Assembly (NCBI GenBank): GCA_014894455.1
Contig: JADBLN010000012.1
Coordinates: 24,134 to 88,133 of the forward strand
DNA: 64,000 nt
Direction: 5' to 3'
From: Acidobacteriota bacterium
GTDB taxonomy: Bacteria > Acidobacteriota > Aminicenantia > Aminicenantales > Saccharicenantaceae
Below are positions 17,351 to 25,320 of this stretch, in pieces (within the stretch, counting starts at the first letter, position 1; every line of letters begins with the position of its first letter). A model generated the notes under the pieces. That model saw nothing but the letters and a program-made list of their open reading frames with translations. It had not been told where the DNA came from and made no database searches. A program made the position numbers and the translations under genes.

Positions 17351-17379
17351 TGGAAACCGGGGCTCCCCGGTGCTATAAT
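17351..17379 (+). promoter_or_regulatory. Putative promoter TGGAAA-N17-TATAAT with an extended -10 TG, for the FolE2-like/ack-like operon
   Basis: tgctataat at 17371-17379. The AAGGAG RBS at 17399-17404 lies 7 nt before the ATG at 17412. Confidence 0.5.
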
Positions 17380-17411
17380 GAATATACATCATAACCTTAA
17401 GGAGTCATGCC

Positions 17412-18206
17412 ATGGCTGACGAAAAGAGATTCCTGGTCGACGTCGGGATGGACGGCCTGCCGTTCCCGATCAAGGCCGCTTCGAAGGTCGAGCCGGAAGG
17501 CCAGAACACGATCGCCACGATCTCGGTCAAGGCGAGGATCATGCACGAGTTCGAGGCCGAATGGATCGACCGCTTCATCCAGATCGTCCACCGGCATCGC
17601 GACAGGATCGGCACGGCCACGCTTCGCGTGAACACGCTCGACTACCTGAAGGAGCTGAACGCGACCGCCGTCCGGGTCGACTTCGAGTACCCGTTCTTCG
17701 TCGAGAAGAGGACCCCGGTGAGCGGCGAGAAGTGCCTCGTCCGGTACTCCTGTGGCTATTCGGTCAAGGTCCCGTCCCTGGACAACAAGCCCAAGGTCTT
17801 CTTCAGGATCAAGGTCCCCTGCATCACGACCTTCCCCAAGTCCGGCGAGGGCCTGCCCGGCGGCCTGTTCGGCCAGCTCAGCGTCGTCTCCCTCGAGGTC
17901 GAATCCGCCAAGGATTTCTTCCCCGAGGACGCCGTGGCTCTCGTTGACCGGCACGCCCTGGCCCCGGTCTACTCGTTCCTGACGCTTGACGACCAGACCG
18001 CGATCATCCGGAAGATCCACGAGGAGAAGAAGACGAGCGTCGTCATGGTCGACGAGATCAAGGGCGAGCTGATGGCCAACAAGAACTTGGACTTTTACTC
18101 CGTCCACTGCGCCAACTTCGGGATGCTCCATTCCTACGCCACGGTCGTCGGCACCGAGAAGAGCATGTGGGTGCCCTTCAGCGGCTACGAGGACAGCGAG
18201 GTCTGA
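17412..18206 (+). CDS. GTP cyclohydrolase I type 2 (FolE2/MptA, T-fold)-like protein with the remembered catalytic and metal motifs substituted
   Basis: 264 aa. Colinear blocks VGMDGLPFPIK, FEYPFFVEKRTPVSGEK and NFGMLHSYA resemble FolE2. The CPCS and THMSRF positions read ITTFP and EAEWIDRF. Confidence 0.5.
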   Translation: MADEKRFLVDVGMDGLPFPIKAASKVEPEGQNTIATISVKARIMHEFEAEWIDRFIQIVHRHRDRIGTATLRVNTLDYLKELNATAVRVDFEYPFFVEKRTPVSGEKCLVRYSCGYSVKVPSLDNKPKVFFRIKVPCITTFPKSGEGLPGGLFGQLSVVSLEVESAKDFFPEDAVALVDRHALAPVYSFLTLDDQTAIIRKIHEEKKTSVVMVDEIKGELMANKNLDFYSVHCANFGMLHSYATVVGTEKSMWVPFSGYEDSEV

Positions 18207-18268
18207 GCCCGGTTTTATCCCGCCCCGGCGCGTCCGGGGCGATCTCGAACCGAACAGAGAACGTCATC

Positions 18269-19495
18269 ATGTCCCATACTCTCGTCTTCAACTGCGGGAG
18301 CTCCTCGCTGACCTACAAGGTCTTCCGCGACGTCCCCTCCAGCCCGCCCGAGGTCGTCCTCCACGGCAAGGCCCACCGGGTGGGCGTCAAGGGAAGCGAG
18401 CCCTCCTATATCGAGAACCGTTACGGGGGGACCGTCCACAAGGACATCGTCCCCATCAAGGACCACCGGAAGGCGGCCGCCCTGGCCATCGAGTTCGTCG
18501 AGAAGATGTCCATCCCCGTCGACCACGTCGGCCACAGGTTCGTCCACGGCGGGAGCCGCTTCACCGGGTCCCTCTTCCTCGACGAGAAGGTCCTCAAGGC
18601 CCTCCAGGAGTGCGCCCCCCTGGCGCCCATCCACAATCCCATCGCCCTGAGCGTCATCCGGGAGTCCCGGAAAAGCATCCCGCTCGAGCGGCACTATATC
18701 ACGTTCGACAACGCCTTCCATTCCACCCTCCCGCCCCGGGCCTACGCCTACATGCTTCCCAAGGCCATCCTCGAGAAGTTCGGGTTCCGGAAGTACGGCT
18801 TTCACGGGCTGTCCTACTCGTTCGTCGTCGGGGAGACGGCACGGTTCCTCGGGGCCGACCCCGGGACGCTGAGGATCGTCGCCTGCCACCTCGGCACGGG
18901 CGGCTCCAGCGTGGCCGCCATCCTCGGCGGCCGCTCGATCGACACGTCGATGGGCTTCTCGCCGCTCACCGGGCTGGTCATGGGCACCCGGTCCGGGGAC
19001 ATCGACCCGCTCCTCACCGTCTACCTGATGGCCGTCTACGGGTATCGGCCCGACGACCTCCTCGATTTTCTGAACAAGAAGAGCGGGCTCCTCGGCATCT
19101 CGGGCTTCTCGAGCGACATCAACGACATCATCCGGCGGATCGGCGGGGGGGAGGACAACGCCGAGCTCGCCGTGCGGATGTACGTCCACCGCCTCAAGAA
19201 GTACATCGGGAGCTACATCGCCGCTCTCGGGGGGATCGACGCGCTGGTCTTCACCGACGAAATCGGGCTCCGCAACCCGTTCATCCGCGAGAAGGTTTGC
19301 GACGGGATGGACTGGGCCGGGATCACCCTCGACAAGGGGCTGAACGCCGCCGCCCCGGTCGACCGCATCTCGGACCTACGGGCGCCAGGCTCCCGGGTCT
19401 CCATCCTGGCGATCCCGACCGAGGAGGAGCTGGTCATCTATCTGGGCGGGGCCCGTCTCTTCGCCGATAAGGAGGCCACCCGTACTGATCATTGA
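18269..19495 (+). CDS. Acetate/propionate-kinase family protein, divergent paralogue 1
   Basis: [54 protein letters not shown] and IPTEEELVI. It deviates at HLGTGGS and FTDEIGLRN. The start is the ATG at 18269. Confidence 0.8.
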   Translation: MSHTLVFNCGSSSLTYKVFRDVPSSPPEVVLHGKAHRVGVKGSEPSYIENRYGGTVHKDIVPIKDHRKAAALAIEFVEKMSIPVDHVGHRFVHGGSRFTGSLFLDEKVLKALQECAPLAPIHNPIALSVIRESRKSIPLERHYITFDNAFHSTLPPRAYAYMLPKAILEKFGFRKYGFHGLSYSFVVGETARFLGADPGTLRIVACHLGTGGSSVAAILGGRSIDTSMGFSPLTGLVMGTRSGDIDPLLTVYLMAVYGYRPDDLLDFLNKKSGLLGISGFSSDINDIIRRIGGGEDNAELAVRMYVHRLKKYIGSYIAALGGIDALVFTDEIGLRNPFIREKVCDGMDWAGITLDKGLNAAAPVDRISDLRAPGSRVSILAIPTEEELVIYLGGARLFADKEATRTDH

Positions 19496-20552
19496 CGTCA
19501 CCCCCCGCTCCACGTCCTGGCGCCGCCTCGCCGGAGCCGAACGTCTCGAAGGGGTCGCGCTGGTCCCCGAGGACGTCTTCCCGTCGATCGAACGCCGGCT
19601 CGGCGGGCTCCGGGACGCCGGACCCGTCGGCTACCTCCTCCACCACGGCGGCGAGCTCGTCACGAAGCCGGTGACGGCCGTCACCGCCGAATCCCTCCTG
19701 GCCGTCCAGAAGTGCGGCCGGTTCCTTCCGGAGCACAACGACGCGCTCCACAAGGTCATCGACCTCGGCCTCGCCGCCCTTCCCGGCGCCGCCCACCTCC
19801 TGTTGTGCGACACGGCCTTCTTCCGGGACCTCCCGGAGCACGTTCACACCTACGCCGTCCCCTTGTCCCTCAAAGACCCGTCGCTCCGGCGCTACGGCTC
19901 CGACGGCTTGTGCCACGAATGGGTCTGGGAGACCTTGAAGCGCCGGACGCCCGCCCTTTCCCGGGTCGTCAGCGTCCTCATCGGGGAGAATACGAACGTC
20001 GCCGCGATCAGGGACGGAAGGCCGGTGGAGACAACGGTCGGATTCACGTCCGTCGAGGGGATCTCCTCGGCCCACGGCTGCGGGGACATCGACCCGACCA
20101 TCATCTTCCAGGTCCAGGCCACCGGCCTGAGCTTCGAGGAGATCTCACGGCTCCTGACCCGGCAGAGCGGTTTCTCCGGATTCCTGGGGCGCGAGACCTC
20201 GATCGCCGAGATCGCCGCCGACGGCGGCCGCGACCCGGAACTGGCCCGGGCCCTGGACGTCTTCCTCTACCAGATTGAGAAGTATATCGGCGCCTTCGTG
20301 TCGGTGCTCGGCGGAGTCGACGCCGTCGCGTTCGTCTCCGAAGACATGGCGGCTTACGGGGACCTCGTCCGGCCCCTGGCCGCCGGCCTTGAATATTCGG
20401 GCGCCCGGATCGCGCCCGAAGCCGCGGAGGAGAGGGGCGTACGGAGGCTTTCGACCCCGGACTCGCCGGTCGCCGTCCTCGGGCTCGCCTATGACAAGTG
20501 GGGGGACCTCGGGCGCCGGGCCGCGGATCACCGGGAGGTTCCCGCCTCCTGA
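19485..20552 (+). CDS. Acetate-kinase-fold paralogue 2, catalytically degenerate; start codon uncertain (CTG 19485, ATT 19491 or GTG 19671)
   Basis: The frame is open from 19344 with no ATG/GTG/TTG before 19671, yet homology to the kinase N-terminus begins at LIIDVTPRSTSW (19485 onward). An AAGGAGG at 19469-19475 lies 9 nt upstream of the CTG. Confidence 0.55.
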   Translation: MIIDVTPRSTSWRRLAGAERLEGVALVPEDVFPSIERRLGGLRDAGPVGYLLHHGGELVTKPVTAVTAESLLAVQKCGRFLPEHNDALHKVIDLGLAALPGAAHLLLCDTAFFRDLPEHVHTYAVPLSLKDPSLRRYGSDGLCHEWVWETLKRRTPALSRVVSVLIGENTNVAAIRDGRPVETTVGFTSVEGISSAHGCGDIDPTIIFQVQATGLSFEEISRLLTRQSGFSGFLGRETSIAEIAADGGRDPELARALDVFLYQIEKYIGAFVSVLGGVDAVAFVSEDMAAYGDLVRPLAAGLEYSGARIAPEAAEERGVRRLSTPDSPVAVLGLAYDKWGDLGRRAADHREVPAS

Positions 20553-20583
20553 CGGGTTCCCGGCTGTCGTTGGGGCACGGCTC

Positions 20584-21807
20584 CTATCCCCGCACCCGGG
20601 CCATGTTCTCGGGCTTCAGGACCTCTTCGAGCCGCTCTTTCGTCATCAGCCCCTTTTCCAGGACGAGCCCGTAAACGTCGCGGCCGGTTTCCAGGGCCTC
20701 CCGGGCGAGGTCCGAGCAGGCCTCGTAGCCCAGCTCGGGGACGGGCGGTCACCAGGCCGATGCTGCGCTCGACCATCGCCCGGCAGCGGGCGGCGTTGGC
20801 CGTGATCCCGTCCACGCACCGGTGCTTGAGGGTGGCCATGCCGTCCTTCAGCATCGCGATCGATTCGAAGAGGCTCTGGGCGATGATCGGCTCGAAGACG
20901 TTGAGGAGGACCCCGGCGGCATCTTCGGCAGGTTGATCTTGTGGAGCCCGGCCCCTGGCCCCGAGCTGAGGAGCCGCAGGTCGTTGGCGATCTTCGAGAG
21001 TTTCACGGCCAGCCGCTTGACGGCCGAGGAGAAGATGACGAAGGCGCCGGTGTCCTGGGTCGCCTCTACGAGGTTGGCCGCCAGCTTCAGCCGGAGGCCC
21101 GTGATCTCCCCCAGTTCGCGGACGGCCCGCTCGGCGTACCCGGGCTCGGCGCAGATGCCCGTCCCGATGGCGGTTCCGCCGAGGTTGATCTCGAGGAAGA
21201 GGGCGGCGTTCTCGTCGAGCCTGTCCACTTCTTCCCCCAGGGTGACGGCGTAGGCCTCGAACTCCTGGCCGAGGGTCATGGGGACGGCGTCCTGGAGCTG
21301 GGTCCGTCCCATCTTGACGACCCCGGCGAACTCCTTTCCCTTGGCCCGGAACGCGGCGATCAGCTGTTCGAGGACCGCGACGAGCTTCCGGGTGCTGGCG
21401 ACGAGGGCGAGGCGGAGGGCCGTCGGATACACGTCGTTGGTCGACTGCGAGAGGTTGACGTGGTTGTTGGGATGGGCACGGGCGTAATCGCCCTTGGCGA
21501 AGCCCATGAGCTCGAGGGCCCGGTTGGCGATGACCTCGTTGGCGTTCATGTTCGTCGACGTCCCGGCGCCGCCCTGGACCATGTCCACGACGAAGTGCGT
21601 GTGCCATTTGCTGTTGACGATCTCCTCGCAGGCCCGGGAGATGACCCGGGACAGGACCTTGACGACGAGGTCGGCGTCGGCCCGCATCAGCTCCCGGACG
21701 GCCTCCCGGGAGACGGTGAGGACGACCGCGTCCCCGACGGCCCGGGCGGAGGTCGCGTGCGGGTACTCGTCCATCAGGGTGCCCGCCGGGTACGACTCGA
21801 CCCGCGT
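20584..21807 (-). pseudogene. aspA: Aspartate ammonia-lyase (aspartase/fumarase class II) pseudogene
   Basis: Aspartase-like sequence is spread over three frames: (T)RVESYPAG..YPHATSARAV...KWHTHFVVDMVQGGAGTSTNMNANEVIANRA...GRTQLQDAVPMTLGQEF...LSSGPGAGLHKINLPKMPPGSS // LNVFEPIIAQSLFESIAML...GITANAARCRAMVERSIGLVTA // VPELGYEACSDLAREALETGRDVYGLVLEKGLMTKERLEEVLKPENMARVRG*. ACG sits where the ATG is expected (21807..21805). Confidence 0.7.
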
Positions 21808-21886
21808 CTTCGCGACGAGCAGGGCCCGCGCCAGTTGAGCGAAGGTAAGTCCCCGAGTCCTTCGAAGCCGATACCGTCCTATGCGA

Positions 21887-22864
21887 TCAGGCCATGAGCG
21901 AGCAGATGGCCGCCACGTTGACCATGTCGTCGGCCGAACAGCCCCGGCTGAGGTCGCAGAAGGGCTTGTTGAGGCCCTGGACGATCGGGCCGACGGCCTC
22001 GGCCCCGGCCAGCCGCTCGGTCAGCTTGTAGCCGATGTTCCCGGCGTCGAGGTCGGGGAAAACGAGGACGTTGGCCTTGCCCGCGACGGGGCTGCCCTTG
22101 CACTTCCTCTCGCCGATCGAGGCGACCAGGGCGGCGTCGGCCTGCATCTCGCCGTCGAGGAGGAGGTGCGGGGCTTTTTCCTTGGCCATCTTCGTGGCCG
22201 AGACGACCTTGTCGACGTCGGCGTGGGCGGCCGAGCCCTTGGTCGAGAAGGAGAGCATGGCCACGCGGGGCTCTTCGCCGGTGACGGCTTGGAAGTTCTT
22301 GGCCGAGGTGATGGCGATGTCGGCCAGCTGGGCGTCGGTCGGGTTGGGGACGACGGCGCAGTCGGCGTAGCAGAGGAGCTTCTCCGGGAAGACCATGATG
22401 AAGTAGCTCGAAACGGTCGAGATGCCGGGCGCCGTGCCGACCGTGTGGATGGCCGCCCGGATGACGTCGCCCGTCGACGAGATGTTGCCGCCGACGACCG
22501 CGCCGATCTTGCCGGTGGCGAGGAGAAGTCCGGCGTAGTAAAGCGGGCTCTTGGCCGCTTCGACGCTCTGTTCGAGGGTCCAGCCCTTGGCCTTGCGCTT
22601 CTCGAAGAGGAGGTTGACGAGCTCGCTCTTCCCTTCATGCGTGAGCGGGTCGACGACCGGGATCGCGCCGAGGTCGAGGCCGTTGTCCTTGGCGACTTTG
22701 TGGATCGCCGCGGTCGCTCCGACGAGCCACGGCTCGGCGATTTTCTTTTCTTTAAGGGTCAGGGCCGCCTTCAGGGTCCTGACGTCCTCGGCGTCCGGGA
22801 AAGCGACCTTGAGGAATTTCTTGGCGGCCTTGTCACGGATGTCCTGGATGAATGTGTTTCCCAT
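21887..22864 (-). CDS. pta: Phosphate acetyltransferase (short, PTA_PTB-only form)
   Basis: 325 aa. ...[14 protein letters not shown]..., [33 protein letters not shown] and [19 protein letters not shown] match Pta. Confidence 0.9.
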   Translation of the reverse strand: MGNTFIQDIRDKAAKKFLKVAFPDAEDVRTLKAALTLKEKKIAEPWLVGATAAIHKVAKDNGLDLGAIPVVDPLTHEGKSELVNLLFEKRKAKGWTLEQSVEAAKSPLYYAGLLLATGKIGAVVGGNISSTGDVIRAAIHTVGTAPGISTVSSYFIMVFPEKLLCYADCAVVPNPTDAQLADIAITSAKNFQAVTGEEPRVAMLSFSTKGSAAHADVDKVVSATKMAKEKAPHLLLDGEMQADAALVASIGERKCKGSPVAGKANVLVFPDLDAGNIGYKLTERLAGAEAVGPIVQGLNKPFCDLSRGCSADDMVNVAAICSLMA

Positions 22865-22889
22865 CTCTCGCTCCTTCTTCGCGTGTCGA

Positions 22890-24137
22890 TTACCAGAGTC
22901 GTTCCACGTTACGGATGACGCGGACGGAATCCCGGGCCAGGAGCAGCTCTTCGTTCGTCGGGATGACCCAGACCTCGACGCGGCTGCCAGGCTTGGTGAT
23001 GCGGCCGGTCTTGCCCCGGACCGTCTGCTTGTTGAGCTCCTCGTCGAGCTCGATGCCGAGGGCCTCGAGGCCGGAGCAGATCATGCTCCGGATGCGGGCC
23101 CCGTTCTCGCCGATCCCGGCCGTGAAGACGACGGCGTCGCAGCCGTTCATCTCGGCCATGTAGGCGCCGATGTACTTCTTGACCCGGTTGGCGAACATCT
23201 TCAGGGCCAGCTGGGCCCGGTGGTTGCCCTCGTCGGCGCCCTTCTCGATGTCGCGCATGTCGTTGCCGATGCCCGAGACGCCGGCGACGCCGCTCTTCTT
23301 GTTGAGGATGTTGAAGATGTCGGTGACGCTGCCGACGCCCTTGGCGAAGAGGTACTCGACGACGGCCGCGTCGATGTCGCCCGACCGGGTACCCATGATC
23401 AGGCCTTCGAGAGGCGTCATCCCCATGGTCGTGTTGACGGACTGGCCGGCCTGGATGGCGCAGGCCGAGGAGCCGTTGCCGAGGTGGAGGGTGACGATCT
23501 TGACGTCCTCGCGCTTTTTGCCGGTGAGCTTGCGGTAGCGGTAGGCGACGTAGCGGTGGGAGGTGCCGTGGAACCCGTAGCGGCGGACCTGGTACTTCGA
23601 GTAGAAGTCGTAGGGGACCGCGTAGAGGTAGACGTCTTCGGGCATGGTCGAGTGGAAGGCCGTGTCGAAGACCGCGACCTGGGGGATTCTCTCGCCGAAG
23701 ATCTCGTAACAGGCGTAGATGCCCTTGAGATTAGCCGGGTTGTGGAGCGGGGCCAGGTCGCAGCACTCTTCGATCTTAGCCAGGACCTCCTTGTCGATCC
23801 GGACGGCCTTGGTGAAGCGTTCGGCTCCGTGGACGACGCGGTGGCCGATGGCGTGGAGGTCGTCCCAGCCGTGGACGCCCTCGATTTTTGTCGTGGGCTC
23901 CTCCATCCAGGCCTTGATGCGCATGATCGCTGCACGGTGATCTTCGACGGGCTCGACGGCCTTGAACGGCTCGCCGCCACCGGCCTGGAGGTTGATGATC
24001 GCTTCCTTGGTCCCGACCTTCTCGATGAGGCCCTTGGCGATCATTTTGTCGCCGTCGGCCTCGAACAGCTCGAGGTCGGTGTTGATGATCTGGAACTTGA
24101 CGGAGGAACTGCCGCAGTTGAGGACGAAAACATTCAT
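22890..24137 (-). CDS. ackA: Acetate kinase (canonical)
   Basis: [80 protein letters not shown] and [12 protein letters not shown]. The ATG at 24137 is preceded by GAGGTG. Confidence 0.92.
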   Translation of the reverse strand: MNVFVLNCGSSSVKFQIINTDLELFEADGDKMIAKGLIEKVGTKEAIINLQAGGGEPFKAVEPVEDHRAAIMRIKAWMEEPTTKIEGVHGWDDLHAIGHRVVHGAERFTKAVRIDKEVLAKIEECCDLAPLHNPANLKGIYACYEIFGERIPQVAVFDTAFHSTMPEDVYLYAVPYDFYSKYQVRRYGFHGTSHRYVAYRYRKLTGKKREDVKIVTLHLGNGSSACAIQAGQSVNTTMGMTPLEGLIMGTRSGDIDAAVVEYLFAKGVGSVTDIFNILNKKSGVAGVSGIGNDMRDIEKGADEGNHRAQLALKMFANRVKKYIGAYMAEMNGCDAVVFTAGIGENGARIRSMICSGLEALGIELDEELNKQTVRGKTGRITKPGSRVEVWVIPTNEELLLARDSVRVIRNVERLW

Positions 24138-24174
24138 GAATGGCACCTCTCAAAACAGGGTTGAAAAGAGGGAT

Positions 24175-24204
24175 AGTATATCGGATTTCGCCCCTGAAAT
24201 TCAA
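24175..24204 (-). promoter_or_regulatory. Putative promoter TTGAAT-N18-TATACT for ackA-pta
   Basis: Minus strand: TTGAAT (24204..24199), 18-nt spacer, TATACT (24180..24175). Confidence 0.4.
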
Positions 24205-24219
24205 CTCGCCCGCGGCCCG

Positions 24220-25320
24220 CTATTTCCAATCAGAAACGATAGCCAGGATGAGGTCTGCCAGGGCCTCGAGGTCGCGTCGGTCTATCTTTTCGATAAGGGA
24301 GTGGGCATAGGAGCCGGGCCAGGAGAGGGGGATGTCGACGGCGCCGCCGGCGACGAAGACCGAGCCGTCGTTGCCGCCGCGGGAGTTGCCGACCTGGACC
24401 GGGATGCCGTGCTTCCTGGCGATGGCCATGACCTTGCGGATCTCCGTCTTGGGCGTGACGTTGCTCGAGTCGACGGCCCGGATGACCGCTCCCTTGCCGA
24501 CGGGGAGGAAAGCGAAGCGTTTGGATTCGAGCGGCGAATCGGTCGATACGAACGTGTCGATGGCGAAAACGTAATCCGGTTTCAGGGTCTTGGCCAGCTC
24601 GGCCGCCCCGAAGAGGCCCGTTTCCTCCTGGACGTCCCAGGCGAACGTGATCGTTTTATCGCGGAGCGCGTCGGGCTTCAAGCGGAGGGCCGCGTCGAGC
24701 AGGGCGGCGCAGCCGGCCCGGTCGTCGACGGCGCGGGTCGCCATCAGGCCAGGAGCGAAGTCGACGATGGTCTTCTTCGCGGTGATGGAGTCGCCCTCGG
24801 CGACCCCGAGCGCGCGGGCTTCCGCTTCGCTCCCGACGCCGAGGAAGATGTCGAAATTCTCGGCGGCGAACGGGGCCTCCGGTGCGTCCGTTTGCTGACG
24901 CCGTTCGTCGTAGCCGGGACGGGGGGCGACGATACCCGCGACGGGGCCGCGGGTCGTGTGGATGAGAATGGGCCGGGCTTCGACCGTCTGGGGGAGGATG
25001 CCGCCGCCGGGCTTGACCCGGATCCGTCCTTCGGGCGTGATCTTGTCGACGACCCAGCCGAGCTCGTCCGAGTGGGCTACGAACAGGATGTGGGGTTTTC
25101 CGGAGCCGGCCGTAAACCAGACGTTGTGCATCCCGTCGCGCTGGGCCTTGAAGCCCGGGGGTATGGTCTTCTGAATGAAGTCGGAGACGGGACCTTCGCG
25201 CCCTGAGACTCCCGGGACGAGGACGATCTCCCGGAGGATGTCCCAGGCTTTGGACGGACCCGCCGCAGCCGCCCCGGAAACGAGGATGATGAGGATGAAC
25301 ACCGACAGACGCTTGATCAT
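24220..25320 (-). CDS. M42-family (TET/FrvX-like) aminopeptidase with a signal peptide
   Basis: MIKRLSVFILIILVSGAAAAG signal peptide. Metal-ligand blocks are intact: FVAHSDELG, RAVDDRAG, VQEETG, FAIDT and YAHS. Confidence 0.8.
   Translation of the reverse strand: MIKRLSVFILIILVSGAAAAGPSKAWDILREIVLVPGVSGREGPVSDFIQKTIPPGFKAQRDGMHNVWFTAGSGKPHILFVAHSDELGWVVDKITPEGRIRVKPGGGILPQTVEARPILIHTTRGPVAGIVAPRPGYDERRQQTDAPEAPFAAENFDIFLGVGSEAEARALGVAEGDSITAKKTIVDFAPGLMATRAVDDRAGCAALLDAALRLKPDALRDKTITFAWDVQEETGLFGAAELAKTLKPDYVFAIDTFVSTDSPLESKRFAFLPVGKGAVIRAVDSSNVTPKTEIRKVMAIARKHGIPVQVGNSRGGNDGSVFVAGGAVDIPLSWPGSYAHSLIEKIDRRDLEALADLILAIVSDWK

Noticed and set aside
19440-19500. Programmed +1 frameshift fusing acetate-kinase paralogue 1 to paralogue 2
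   Set aside because: There is no slippery or hungry-codon context comparable to prfB at CAT-TGA-C. The upstream SD-like AAGGAGG is 15 nt from the stop codon, not the ~3 nt needed to stimulate +1 shifting. Its spacing fits de novo initiation at CTG 19485 instead.
21640-21880. Possible remnant of a cyclic-nucleotide-binding domain fused upstream of the aspartase fragment (…GDAVVLTVSREAVRELMRADADLVVKVL…)
   Set aside because: On closer reading the segment aligns better with the aspartase/fumarase N-terminus: (M)R-V/I-E...Y-x-x-A-x-T/S-A-R-A-V and ...ACEEIVNSKWHTHFVVD. I therefore treat it as the degenerate 5' end of the same pseudogene.
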